64,000 nt of DNA from an uncultured Alphaproteobacteria bacterium (GCA_944389515.1 CALXMQ010000001.1:135079-199078); one strand, 5' to 3'; positions 27,572-37,514 are shown, numbered from the stretch's first letter. The notes: generated from the sequence alone by a model not told the origin. Made by a program: numbers and translations.

Positions 27572-28712
27572 AAAAATCAAAGTATTTATTATTGCCGGTG
27601 AAGTATCTGGGGATGTTTTGGGCGCACGAATAATGCGCGAAATGACAGATGCTGAATTTTGTGGCGTTGGTGGCGAAAATATGATTGCCGCTGGGTTGGA
27701 TTCTTTGTTTCCAATGTCTGATTTGTCTGTGATGGGGGTCGTAGAGGTTGCAGCCCATGCAAAAACATTGATGCGGCGTATCAATCAGACTGTGGATGCG
27801 ATAATTTCGATGCGGCCTGATATTGTGTTGACGATTGATTCGCCTGGTTTTGCAAAAAGCGTTATAAAAAAATTACGTAAAACCAGTTCTGGACGTGATT
27901 TAATTGCACATGGGTTGCAATTTCATCATGTCGTTGCGCCCCAGGTTTGGGCATGGCGTGCCGGGCGTGCAAAAAAATATGCACAGATATTTGATAAATT
28001 GTATGCTTTTTTTGATTTCGAAGTGCCCTATTTTACCAAATATGGTTTGGATACGATTGCGGTTGGACATCCGATTGCGGATGGTTTAATTGGATATCAC
28101 GCATCGCATACAAAACAATCAAATGACAAAATTATAACCTTGGTTCCAGGCAGCCGCATGTCAGAAGTAAAACGTTTGATGCCTTTGTTCCGTGACATTG
28201 CGCAACAGTTGGCGGCAAATGGATATTCTGGGTATCATTTTGTTATTCCAACGGTTGAAACAACAGAAAAATATGTTCGTGAACATATAAAAACATGGCG
28301 TGTTAAACCAGATTTAGTATCTGCAAATATGCGATATGATTTGTATTCAAAAACATATATCGCGATTGTTACCAGTGGAACTGTTTCCGCAGAATTAGCC
28401 ATGTTGCATATTCCGACAATCGTTGTATATAAAATGAACACGATAACAACATGGTTGGTACGCCAGGTTATTCGTGTTAAATGGGTGTCTTTGGTAAATA
28501 TTTTGTTAAATCGTGGTGTGTATCCAGAATTTTTGGGTAATGCGGCAACCGCGGAAAATGTTTTGAATTCGGTTCAGCAGTTGACGATACCGTCTGGGCG
28601 TGAAAAAATGATTGCGGACTTAAAGTCAGCTGATGATTTGTGGCGACGTCCGAACGGTTCGCCGGCGGCATTGATTGCGGATTCGGTACGTCGTGCAATT
28701 ACTGATAAATAA
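27561..28712 (+). CDS. lpxB: Lipid-A-disaccharide synthase
   Basis: 'IKVFIIAGEVSGDVLGARIM', 'VVLTIDSPGF', 'HVVAPQVWAWRAGRAKK', 'ITLVPGSRMSEV'. The track ORF starts at TTG 27546 and ATG 27561 is preferred. Confidence 0.9.
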   Translation: MQNKKIKVFIIAGEVSGDVLGARIMREMTDAEFCGVGGENMIAAGLDSLFPMSDLSVMGVVEVAAHAKTLMRRINQTVDAIISMRPDIVLTIDSPGFAKSVIKKLRKTSSGRDLIAHGLQFHHVVAPQVWAWRAGRAKKYAQIFDKLYAFFDFEVPYFTKYGLDTIAVGHPIADGLIGYHASHTKQSNDKIITLVPGSRMSEVKRLMPLFRDIAQQLAANGYSGYHFVIPTVETTEKYVREHIKTWRVKPDLVSANMRYDLYSKTYIAIVTSGTVSAELAMLHIPTIVVYKMNTITTWLVRQVIRVKWVSLVNILLNRGVYPEFLGNAATAENVLNSVQQLTIPSGREKMIADLKSADDLWRRPNGSPAALIADSVRRAITDK

Positions 28713-28727
28713 ATTTTAATGTTTATA

Positions 28728-28760
28728 ATATACAGGCCGCAAAATTTGCGGCCTGTATAT
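28728..28760. terminator. Bidirectional terminator between lpxB and the convergent 914-aa gene
   Basis: 13-bp perfect stem 'atatacaggccgc aaaattt gcggcctgtatat'. Confidence 0.85.
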
Positions 28761-28780
28761 TATCATGAATTCGTGTATGT

Positions 28781-31525
28781 TTATTTCAATCCTTCTGGTA
28801 AATTGCTCAATATTTCGTCATTGATGGTACATGCATGTGTTTGTGGGTCAACAGTACCGCCAAATGGGCAAACCTGGTTATCAGAAGTTGGCGTCATTGT
28901 ACACCAGTTGTCTTCCCCAGGCTTGGTCGTGCCATCAGATTCAAATTTGGACAGACCATCAGATGTACATGCTGCGTCATCGGCATCTTCTGTGACCGGG
29001 ACACCGGCAATACATTTTGGACTTTTGCCCCATTTACTGCGACGGCCGCCATTTTCCCAACACAGGCATGCGCCCCATGATTGTGTGTCAACGTTCAAAT
29101 CATAATCACGTGGGCACATATTTTCTTGTTTGCCGATTGAATAGAAATCAACCAAGTTTGGTGCCAGCGTTGCAGATGTTCCAGATTCGTTACTGGAACC
29201 GCCACCATATTCCAATGAATTTTGGAAGTTTGCCAGGCACAGGTTATCTTCCATATATAACCCAGGTTTGATAAACTGATATTCGATGAATCTGCCCTGG
29301 ATGTTCATGCATTGTGTTGTCAATATATCAACAATTTGGTTGTATATTTCTGTTGCAACACCGGTTGGACGTGGTGTGTGATGATCCAAAATTCTGGCGG
29401 TGGTTTGTGTTTGTGCACCTTCGGGTGTGATGCCATCAGAACTTTCAGAATCCAACAGTCCATATTTTCTGGGCTTGCCGTCAGGCAATCCATTGTAAAT
29501 ACCGTCAGCACTTAGGTAATATACAGTTTCATTATCATGTCGGCCGCGCGCTGCGGTTATTACGTCAAAGCCACCAAATGCGGCCTCCATCATTTCGGGT
29601 GAACTGCAAGATTCTATGTCTTGTAATTGTTGCGCGCATTGTGATACAGGACGGGTTTTATCCACGTTACCGCTTCCATCATATTCATATAATGTAAACC
29701 AATCTAATGCTTCGCCTGTTTTGAATAATCCACTGTACGGATAATAGAAATTTTCATATCCTGTGCCGCCAAAGTTGTCAAAGCATTGTTTAACAACGGC
29801 ACGACATGCCGTCAATGTATCTGTTTCTTGGCGATTGTTGATGTAATCGGTAATAATGTTTTCACCGTCTGTTTGTTCGTAAAACATCATATTACATGAA
29901 TCTATGTAATCGCGGCACATTTCTGTGGATAAAGTAACTTTATCTGGTTGCAGTACAACCGTGTCGTCGCCGGTCAATTCCTTCATCGCGGCGGTCAATG
30001 CCGTGTCGCCGTTCATATAACATGCAGATACAAAATCAAAGCAACCTTGCTTTATTTCTTTGACCTTGGATTGTTGGGCGTAATATATATCCAACATTGC
30101 TTTATCCAGATATTCGGCCCAAACATCGTCGGCAATTTCAACGCATTTATCCAATGCTGGTTCTGCGAATTTTTTTACACGTTTTTCAAAATTTATAACA
30201 AATGGACGATTAGATGTAACTTTGGATAACTTTTGATCAGCGGCATCAACCCCGTCGGCAAATTTTAATAAGTTGCCCAGTTCGTAAAAATTTTCAACAC
30301 CGGCGATTGGTGTGCCAGTTGAAACATCAATGAATTCACCGTTGTCCAAACATTTATGATATCCAGCGCCACAGACTTCTTCGCTAAGTATTGCGTTTTC
30401 AACGTTTGTTAAACATGCAGACATATTATCAGAATTATGTTTTTGCCGGTTTTCTACGCGTGCCAAATCAAGCATAGCGCTGCTTTCACGGATGGCGGAT
30501 TTCATTTGTTTTTGTTGATTTTCAATCGCAGATGCAACAGTGTTGCAATCTTGTTCAATCGCCATTAAATATGCCGTGATTGCGCGTTGTAATTGGGCGT
30601 CTGTACAATCAGCCCGTACGGCTTCGCGGCATTGTGGATAAACGGCGTCGTATAAATTTTGGCCGTTATATGTGGCGATTATTTGACCAGCATCAGCAGT
30701 GCCAAATGCATTTACCGTGTCAAAAGATATTGTGATGCTGTTCAAATCAGAATATTTGCCGCCCACAGATGCATCTTCGCCCCGGATGGAATTCATGATG
30801 GCTTGCAATAACTGTTTTGATGCAGATGTGTCAGCGGTCAATGCATTTTCACCTTCGGATGCTGTTTTCATGGCAGTGGCCTGGGCCGTGGTCATACCGA
30901 CAACATCTAAGTTTTCGTTAAATACAGTCAGTTGGTCGTTTGCGTCCTGCATCACGTCACGAATTTCAGTTAAATCAAATACCCGGTTACTGCACGAGCA
31001 ACGACGATAATTATCGTTTTTTAATTCACAAAATTGATCCATGCATGTGAAATATGCACTTTTGCACTGTTCATATTCTGCGCCGGTTTGGGTGCTGGAC
31101 ATAACGGTTGATACGCCATCGATTGCCGCACGGGATACGGTCGTTGCATTATTGCGCCCAGATGTTTTTGTGGCAATGTTTCGTACGGTTGATGCAGCAC
31201 GCGATACAGATGCATCATTGCGTGTCATTTGTTGCGGTGGTTGTTGTGATGGACGGGCGGTTGTACTGCGTGCGACGGTGGTGTTGCGCGATGTTGATAC
31301 AGGGTTTGTTGTTGCCGCGCGTGATACGGTGGTGGTACCAGAATTGCGTGTTGTTACATTGCGACCGGTAATGGCGCGTGTCGATGCCGTGCGCGCAACA
31401 GTTGCACCCGAAGAATTTTGTGTTGCGCCAGATTCACGATTCGTCGCGTTTTCATCACGTACAGCCGCATCGGCAATGCCAATGCATACGGCACACATAC
31501 TGAAAAAAGCCAGAATTTTCTTCAT
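28781..31525 (-). CDS. Large exported Cys-rich protein (914 aa), unknown function
   Basis: Signal peptide 'MKKILAFFSMCAVCIGIADA'. The N-terminal R/T/S-rich degenerate repeats carry 'TVSRAA' three times. The remaining ~750 aa contain about 40 Cys. No family recognised. Confidence 0.8.
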   Translation of the reverse strand: MKKILAFFSMCAVCIGIADAAVRDENATNRESGATQNSSGATVARTASTRAITGRNVTTRNSGTTTVSRAATTNPVSTSRNTTVARSTTARPSQQPPQQMTRNDASVSRAASTVRNIATKTSGRNNATTVSRAAIDGVSTVMSSTQTGAEYEQCKSAYFTCMDQFCELKNDNYRRCSCSNRVFDLTEIRDVMQDANDQLTVFNENLDVVGMTTAQATAMKTASEGENALTADTSASKQLLQAIMNSIRGEDASVGGKYSDLNSITISFDTVNAFGTADAGQIIATYNGQNLYDAVYPQCREAVRADCTDAQLQRAITAYLMAIEQDCNTVASAIENQQKQMKSAIRESSAMLDLARVENRQKHNSDNMSACLTNVENAILSEEVCGAGYHKCLDNGEFIDVSTGTPIAGVENFYELGNLLKFADGVDAADQKLSKVTSNRPFVINFEKRVKKFAEPALDKCVEIADDVWAEYLDKAMLDIYYAQQSKVKEIKQGCFDFVSACYMNGDTALTAAMKELTGDDTVVLQPDKVTLSTEMCRDYIDSCNMMFYEQTDGENIITDYINNRQETDTLTACRAVVKQCFDNFGGTGYENFYYPYSGLFKTGEALDWFTLYEYDGSGNVDKTRPVSQCAQQLQDIESCSSPEMMEAAFGGFDVITAARGRHDNETVYYLSADGIYNGLPDGKPRKYGLLDSESSDGITPEGAQTQTTARILDHHTPRPTGVATEIYNQIVDILTTQCMNIQGRFIEYQFIKPGLYMEDNLCLANFQNSLEYGGGSSNESGTSATLAPNLVDFYSIGKQENMCPRDYDLNVDTQSWGACLCWENGGRRSKWGKSPKCIAGVPVTEDADDAACTSDGLSKFESDGTTKPGEDNWCTMTPTSDNQVCPFGGTVDPQTHACTINDEILSNLPEGLK

Positions 31526-31649
31526 CTCTGATTAAATGTTAGCAAAATTGCAATTTTCAGGGCAAGTAAAATATCCAACAAACGTTGGTATTCTTTCCCA
31601 GGGACATATTGCCGTATATATGATATGTTGTTATATCAGGAATTTGAAC

Positions 31650-32246
31650 ATGAATACATCCAGATTGGCCGCATTTAGTGACGGATTGTTTGCTGTGGTA
31701 ATTACTATTATGGTGTTGGAATTAAACGCGCCGATTGGTACGAATATATCGTCGCTGATACCGTTGTTACCAGTGTTTTTAAGTTATGTGCTAAGTTTTA
31801 TATACGGTGCAATATTTTGGATAAATCACCATCACTTGTTGGCGGTAACGCGAAAAATAAACAGTACGGTATTATGGGCAAATTTGAATTTTTTATTTTG
31901 GCTGTCGTTGATACCATTTTTTACAGCATGGGTTGATGAAAATCATGCGGCGTCAATGCCTGTGGCTGCGTATGGGATGTCTTTGTTTATGGTGGTTGCG
32001 TCATACAGGTTGCTAGAACTGGTGTTGTTTCGGGTGCATGATGCGGATGCATTACTGGTGCGAATTTTGCGCCCTGGGCGGCGTGAAAAGGCGTCGCTGG
32101 TTGCGTTTGCGATTGCAATACCAACGGCGTTTATTTGGCCGTTTGTTTCATTGGGAATATATATTTTTGTGGCGGCAATGTGGTTTATGCCAGAACGTGC
32201 ATTGGAACGTGCACTGGCGCGGCGCGATATTTGTGATACAAAATAA
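31650..32246 (+). CDS. TMEM175/DUF1211-family membrane protein (putative K+ channel)
   Basis: 'RLAAFSDGLFAVVITIMVLEL' signature followed by 5 more TM segments. Start taken at ATG 31650 (AGGA upstream). Confidence 0.8.
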   Translation: MNTSRLAAFSDGLFAVVITIMVLELNAPIGTNISSLIPLLPVFLSYVLSFIYGAIFWINHHHLLAVTRKINSTVLWANLNFLFWLSLIPFFTAWVDENHAASMPVAAYGMSLFMVVASYRLLELVLFRVHDADALLVRILRPGRREKASLVAFAIAIPTAFIWPFVSLGIYIFVAAMWFMPERALERALARRDICDTK

Positions 32247-32302
32247 ATTGAATTTTTCTTGTTGCAAAAATCATAAACATAATATAATATTATCAGGCAA
32301 CT

Positions 32303-32389
32303 GCGGATATGGCGGAATTGGTAGACGCGCTAGTTTCAGGTACTAGTGGCAGTAATGCCTTGGAGGTTCAAGTCCTCTTATCCGCACCA
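32303..32389 (+). tRNA. tRNA-Leu (anticodon CAG)
   Basis: Cloverleaf read by eye: acceptor GCGGATA/TATCCGC, anticodon loop TTCAGGT, long variable arm, T-loop GGTTCAAGTCC, encoded CCA. Confidence 0.95.
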
Positions 32390-32396
32390 CGGTTTT

Positions 32397-32472
32397 GGGG
32401 TTGTAGCTCAGTTGATAGAGCGCTACGTTCGCATCGTAGAGGTCGTGGGTTTGAGTCCCATCAGCTCCACCA
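32397..32472 (+). tRNA. tRNA-Ala (anticodon CGC)
   Basis: Acceptor GGGGTTG with the G3:U70 identity pair, anticodon loop TTCGCAT, T-arm GGTTTGAGTCC, encoded CCA. Confidence 0.93.
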
Positions 32473-32497
32473 AAATTTTTATCGGTTTGAATTGCAC

Positions 32498-32584
32498 GGG
32501 GATATGGCGGAATGGTAGACGCTGAGGACTTAAAATCCTTTGGTTATTGCAACCGTGTGGGTTCAAGTCCCACTATCCCCACCA
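32498..32584 (+). tRNA. tRNA-Leu (anticodon TAA)
   Basis: Acceptor GGGGATA/TATCCCC, anticodon loop CTTAAAA, long variable arm, T-loop GGTTCAAGTCC, encoded CCA. Confidence 0.95.
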
Positions 32585-32589
32585 AGGAT

Positions 32590-32630
32590 AAAAAACACAG
32601 GTGCAACACAATATTGCACCTGTGTTTTTA
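32590..32630. terminator. Terminator after the tRNA cluster (also faces convergent rfbA)
   Basis: 12-bp stem 'acacaggtgcaa cacaata ttgcacctgtgt' plus a T-run. Confidence 0.85.
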
Positions 32631-32648
32631 ATGTTTGTTTGTGTGTTT

Positions 32649-33539
32649 TTAATATAACTTGTGTTTTGTTTCCATAGATACTTTTATTAAATATTTTTTA
32701 TAATCACTGTCTTTTAATTCGTTGATTATATTTTTTAATTGTTTTTTATTTATAAAATTGCGGCGATACGCAATTTCTTCGATACATGCGATTTTTAATC
32801 CTTGGCGTTCTTCCATAATTTGAACAAAATTGCTGGAATCCATCAAACTTTTTGGGGTGCCGGCATCCAACCACGCGTTGCCACGTAACATTGGCACGAC
32901 AGACATCCTGTGTTCTGATAAATACATGTTGTTCAAATCTGTTATTTCGTATTCGCCACGTGCAGATGGTTTCAAAGATTTTGCTTTTTCAACGACATCG
33001 CTTGGATAAAAATACAATCCAACAGATGCAAAATTTGATTTTGGATTTTTTGGTTTTTCTTCTATTGATACCGCATTTAATTTATCATCAAATTCGACAA
33101 CGCCAAATCTTTCTGGGTCAGATACATGGTATGCAAATATAGTTGCGCGTTTACCTTGGTTTTTTGCAACTTCTTTGCGAAACCATGGCAGTTGACCACC
33201 CATATGGAATATGTTATCACCCAAAATCAGGCATACATCTTGGTTATTTATAAATTGTTCACCGATTGTGAATGCTTGGGCGATGCCTTGGGGTTTTTCT
33301 TGGATGGCATATTGAATACTCATCCCCAGGGTGTTGCCATTACCAAACAAACGTTCAATATTTGGCGTGTCTTGGGGTGTGGAAATAATCATAATGTCAC
33401 GTATATCAAATTGCATCAGTGTTGACATTGGATAATAAATCATCGGTTTGTCGTACACGGGTAATAATTGTTTAGAAGTTGTTTTGGTCAATGGATACAG
33501 ACGTGTGCCACTGCCGCCTGCCAGAATAATGCCCTTCAT
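32649..33539 (-). CDS. rfbA: Glucose-1-phosphate thymidylyltransferase
   Basis: 'MKGIILAGGSGTRLYPLTKTTSKQLLPVYDKPMIYYPMSTLM' and 'LGDNIF'. Start taken at the internal ATG 33539. Confidence 0.92.
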   Translation of the reverse strand: MKGIILAGGSGTRLYPLTKTTSKQLLPVYDKPMIYYPMSTLMQFDIRDIMIISTPQDTPNIERLFGNGNTLGMSIQYAIQEKPQGIAQAFTIGEQFINNQDVCLILGDNIFHMGGQLPWFRKEVAKNQGKRATIFAYHVSDPERFGVVEFDDKLNAVSIEEKPKNPKSNFASVGLYFYPSDVVEKAKSLKPSARGEYEITDLNNMYLSEHRMSVVPMLRGNAWLDAGTPKSLMDSSNFVQIMEERQGLKIACIEEIAYRRNFINKKQLKNIINELKDSDYKKYLIKVSMETKHKLY

Positions 33540-33687
33540 AATTAAATATCCTTTTGTAATGATGATGTTATTATGATAGAAAAAAGATGACAAAAAGCAA
33601 GTTTTTGTATAATTTTTTTGCTTGCGCCCATTTTTTGACAATGATAGAATAAATGCCGCAATCACAGATGTGAAAAATATGTGTTTT

Positions 33688-33764
33688 GGATGAGTAGCTC
33701 AGTTGGTTAGAGCATCACGTTCACATCGTGGGGGTCGTTGGTTCGAGTCCAATCTCATCCACCA
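33688..33764 (+). tRNA. tRNA-Val (anticodon CAC)
   Basis: Acceptor GGATGAG/CTCATCC, D-loop AGCTCAGTTGGTTAGAGC, anticodon loop TTCACAT, T-loop GGTTCGAGTCC, encoded CCA. Confidence 0.95.
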
Positions 33765-33770
33765 TCAATT

Positions 33771-33796
33771 AAAAAACCGCCGATTGGCGGTTTTTA
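33771..33796. terminator. Terminator after tRNA-Val
   Basis: 'aaaaaaccgccgattggcggttttt'. Confidence 0.85.
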
Positions 33797-33857
33797 TTGT
33801 TTCGACGCAATACCCCGGACGCGTAAGCCCGATGGGGTATTTATTGCTTTAATTGCT

Positions 33858-34178
33858 TTATCGTAATCCTTTGGCACGACAGCATGCAGATGCCGCACTG
33901 CGCCAATCAGAATATTTTTTATTCGGTGTGCGTAAATCTTGCCATGGTTGCCAACCGGTGCAATTTTGGTTGTCACCAGTGCCACTGCATTTTACATATC
34001 GGCGCAATGTGCACGTTTGATTTGATACCTTGCCCGTGTCGGTTGTACATTTTACAACAACCGTTTGATTACGTGCATCGCCCGTTCCCAATTCTTTGGA
34101 TGATAATAACTGATACGCATTTGCCGCGCCGGCGGACGCGGAAATTACACACAATGCGATAAATAATTTTTTTATCAT
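33858..34178 (-). CDS. Small exported Cys-rich protein (106 aa), last gene of the prepilin-peptidase-led cluster
   Basis: Signal peptide 'MIKKLFIALCVISASAGAANA'. The mature part has 7 Cys. Confidence 0.65.
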   Translation of the reverse strand: MIKKLFIALCVISASAGAANAYQLLSSKELGTGDARNQTVVVKCTTDTGKVSNQTCTLRRYVKCSGTGDNQNCTGWQPWQDLRTPNKKYSDWRSAASACCRAKGLR

Positions 34179-34235
34179 TATGCGCCCCCTGGTAATAATA
34201 TTATAAGCGGTTATAATAAAAAATACAACGGGTAT

Positions 34236-36008
34236 TTATTCGCCAGATGTATCGCGCGTTGTCCATGGTTCGTCGTTCATTACCAGATAATACAATTCTG
34301 CGTTGTCAGTCCCAGGATTACGTATAATCGGACGTACAACAAAAATATCAACGTTACACGCGTGGTTGTTTTCTTGGGTTTGAATCGTGTCCAGATTAAA
34401 GTGGAATTTATTTGCAAAATCCATCGCCTGTAAATATGCAGCATCGTCATCAGCCGCACTGTATGCATCGCCAGCCCACATCAACCACATACCGTGATTT
34501 ATAACGTTTTCTTGATCCTGTAAATCATCAGCGGACAGCAACGTCAATGGTTTGAATTCGATGCCACTGGTAAAATCACCGGTGCTGGTTTCTGTCCAAT
34601 CATACATTCCGCCAATAAAGTTTATTGCACCATAAATTAGTCCACCTGTACGTTCCAGGCGTGCCAATGCACCGGCATTTGCCAGTGTCGTTTGGAATAA
34701 CCAATCGCGTGCGCGGCCGGAAAAAGTACTGCTGCGTGCGATTTTTGCAGCATTACGGATTTCTTTGGCACCTGTATTCGCAGCACGTACCGCGCGCCAT
34801 GTGCGTGCAATAATATTGCCACGTTGCGCCGGACGCATTAAACGTAATGCACGTCGATATTGATTCAAGGATGCAAATGTTTCAGATGCCTGGCGATACT
34901 GGCGTACATTGTCATCTGTTTGTTCCATTTGGCGCATGGTGCGTGTATAATCATCAATCTGGGACGCGATGCGTTCGTATTGGGCGGCGTCAGTTGCGCG
35001 ATCAATGTTACGTAATTGTTCTGTGGCGCGTGCATATTGTTGTGAAATCTTGATATAATCACGTACGGAATCAGTTTGCCGTAATGCGCGCATGGTTTCT
35101 GTCAGTCCATGCAGTGCGCGCGATGCACGGGCGGCCTTGGTCGCGCCCAGTACAACAGTGCCCCCACCCACGGTTGCAACAGTTATTGCAACATCTAATG
35201 CAATTTCCAGGTAAGATATCCATTGTAAATTGACGTCACCGGCAACGTAATAATCGTTTGTATCGTTTTCTAAATTGACAGTTTCGCGCATCGCGCGGTT
35301 TATCATTGTGTTGTCGTTTGTCAGTGCAGATTTACCAGTGCAACGATTACCACGTGGAAACAGCGCGTCAATATTATCATTGATATATTGCATTGAAATC
35401 GTGTTGTTTTTACCAACGCCAACAAAATTATCCAATGCACCGGATTCAACAACCATAATCGCATACCATGCTGGATCTGTATTTGTCCAAACGGACGTGT
35501 CACCTGGGGCCCCCAGGCGTGGATTTGAATTCGCAGACGGCAAATCACGTCGTTCGCCCAATGTTATACGTTGTTGTAAAATCTTGGGTTGGGTTTCATA
35601 ATTTATTACGATTTCGCGACCCGATGGGAAAATGTATTTTATGGGTTGCAATGTAATCGTGTCATCCGCCGCCGCATTTGCGAATTCTGGGCATTTTAGT
35701 ACAGCATGTAAAACATCGGGTTGTTGAAAAATTTGATAAATCCATTTTTGGATATCGGTTTCAGAATCTGTTTCAGAAACCATATTTGCGGAATTTGCCA
35801 ATGCATCAGCAAATATGCTGGTCGCGCATTGCGTGTCATCAGGTATGCGCGCCAATAATTCAGTCGCAGGTATGAATTCAGACGAATTTGTGGGGATTTG
35901 AATATCTGATTTTCCACCACCAATGATTGTTGCATTGTCCATGTTTGCACAATGCGCCACATGCGTGGCGCACAGTACGATTATAAAAGATATTGGTATA
36001 ATTCGCAT
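34236..36008 (-). CDS. Exported/membrane protein (590 aa), unknown function
   Basis: Signal peptide 'MRIIPISFIIVLCATHVAHC'. Internal Gly/Ala-rich hydrophobic segment 'IALDVAITVATVGGGTVVLGA', followed by a long Arg-rich helical region. Confidence 0.75.
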   Translation of the reverse strand: MRIIPISFIIVLCATHVAHCANMDNATIIGGGKSDIQIPTNSSEFIPATELLARIPDDTQCATSIFADALANSANMVSETDSETDIQKWIYQIFQQPDVLHAVLKCPEFANAAADDTITLQPIKYIFPSGREIVINYETQPKILQQRITLGERRDLPSANSNPRLGAPGDTSVWTNTDPAWYAIMVVESGALDNFVGVGKNNTISMQYINDNIDALFPRGNRCTGKSALTNDNTMINRAMRETVNLENDTNDYYVAGDVNLQWISYLEIALDVAITVATVGGGTVVLGATKAARASRALHGLTETMRALRQTDSVRDYIKISQQYARATEQLRNIDRATDAAQYERIASQIDDYTRTMRQMEQTDDNVRQYRQASETFASLNQYRRALRLMRPAQRGNIIARTWRAVRAANTGAKEIRNAAKIARSSTFSGRARDWLFQTTLANAGALARLERTGGLIYGAINFIGGMYDWTETSTGDFTSGIEFKPLTLLSADDLQDQENVINHGMWLMWAGDAYSAADDDAAYLQAMDFANKFHFNLDTIQTQENNHACNVDIFVVRPIIRNPGTDNAELYYLVMNDEPWTTRDTSGE

Positions 36009-36014
36009 GCGCTT

Positions 36015-37514
36015 TTAATCGTCAATTCTGATTATATCATCAATAACCATATGTTGGTCAGACAATTCCAGTGTATCTGGATCGTATATATAAAAACCAG
36101 CGTACATGTCTATATCATCTTCGTTCCAATCGCATTTACCCTTGTCTTGGACAGATGTTGTAATTGTATTTTTTATTTGATTCCATTGTTCTTTGGTCAT
36201 AATCAATAATTCACCACGTGAACCGTCTGGGTTTATTTCGTATAATGCATAGTCTGATTCATTTACGCAGTATGATTTACCCAATATTGGGTTAAATACT
36301 TTATTGTTCATATCATCGCCACCCATCCCGTCGCCACATACGGTATAACAACCTTCGTTATGGTCAACATCTTGGCAATTTATAATATCGTTTGCAGGTT
36401 CTGATTCAACCAAGCTGTATAATGTAGAACTGGCGTTTTTGGCCAAGTTGCTGTTTGACCCCAGTTGATAAACCAATGCACCGGCATCTAAAAACATTAC
36501 AGATTTACGCGCTAAATTTGCACCAACTGTTTTGACATAATTTCTGATTCCTGTTTTCAGCACGCCACGGCCAGCATAGTTTGCATAACCGCGCATATTT
36601 GCACGCATGCCTAAATCAATGGCGGATTTAGCCAACATACGACCACCCGTACGGGAAACACGTTTCGCGGCGGTTTTACCACCAACTTTGGCAATTCCTT
36701 TGGCGGCAGTTTTCAGCCCTGCCCCAATGGCGGCGCGCCCTGCGGTTACAGCGGCACCACCAGCACCGCCAGCGTAAAATGTCAATATTGCCGCCGCCGC
36801 AGTCAATCCCCAACCAACGATGTCGATACCTGCCTGGATTGAACGATTGTTTTCGCACAATAACGCACCACGCATTTGCATGTTTGTATCCATTGATTGC
36901 GAGATTTCTATTAAAACATCATCCCAATTTACATCAATGCCAAATTCTTCGTCAACTGTTTCCCCGGTCAATCCAATAATCGCAGATTTGTATTTTGATA
37001 AGTTGTCACCTTGGCCTAAAAAATTTAATACAAATGCATCGTCCAAACGTGCAGTTTGATCAGATTTATTTGCGGATACATATGCAGTGGCCAAATCGTT
37101 AAAAAATGTTTGTTGTGCCGCAGTATCGGGGCCAAAAATATCAACGATAATAGATACAACTTGTAAATCTGTGTTGGTAAAGCCGCCCTGGGCGCCATAA
37201 TGCATACGGGCACGTACCGTATCCCAATCAATCGTCAGGCGGATATTAGGATTTTCTGATATTATAACATCAATATTATTTTTGAACAAGTCTGGGTAAT
37301 TTGAACACGTTGTTCGATACGACGCGGCATTTGCAACGGCACCATTATAATCTGGGGTCAGTCCACTTGCAGCATTTTCCACCTGTAAATACAATTCGCA
37401 TGCAACCAGCATATCGCAATCTGTATAACCAACGCATTCAGGTGATACCGCAGCAAATGCATGCGGTGTAAATAAAAAAGGTATTACAAATAATATTTTT
37501 TTTAATGAAATCAT
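36015..37514 (-). CDS. Exported/membrane protein (499 aa), unknown function
   Basis: Signal peptide 'MISLKKILFVIPFLFTPHAFA'. Internal 'GWGLTAAAAILTFYAGGAGGAAV', followed by a Lys/Arg/Gly/Ala-rich region. Confidence 0.75.
   Translation of the reverse strand: MISLKKILFVIPFLFTPHAFAAVSPECVGYTDCDMLVACELYLQVENAASGLTPDYNGAVANAASYRTTCSNYPDLFKNNIDVIISENPNIRLTIDWDTVRARMHYGAQGGFTNTDLQVVSIIVDIFGPDTAAQQTFFNDLATAYVSANKSDQTARLDDAFVLNFLGQGDNLSKYKSAIIGLTGETVDEEFGIDVNWDDVLIEISQSMDTNMQMRGALLCENNRSIQAGIDIVGWGLTAAAAILTFYAGGAGGAAVTAGRAAIGAGLKTAAKGIAKVGGKTAAKRVSRTGGRMLAKSAIDLGMRANMRGYANYAGRGVLKTGIRNYVKTVGANLARKSVMFLDAGALVYQLGSNSNLAKNASSTLYSLVESEPANDIINCQDVDHNEGCYTVCGDGMGGDDMNNKVFNPILGKSYCVNESDYALYEINPDGSRGELLIMTKEQWNQIKNTITTSVQDKGKCDWNEDDIDMYAGFYIYDPDTLELSDQHMVIDDIIRIDD

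Noticed and set aside
32309-32518. 69-aa ORF overlapping the tRNA-Leu/Ala/Leu cluster
   Set aside because: It is entirely explained by three well-formed tRNA genes.
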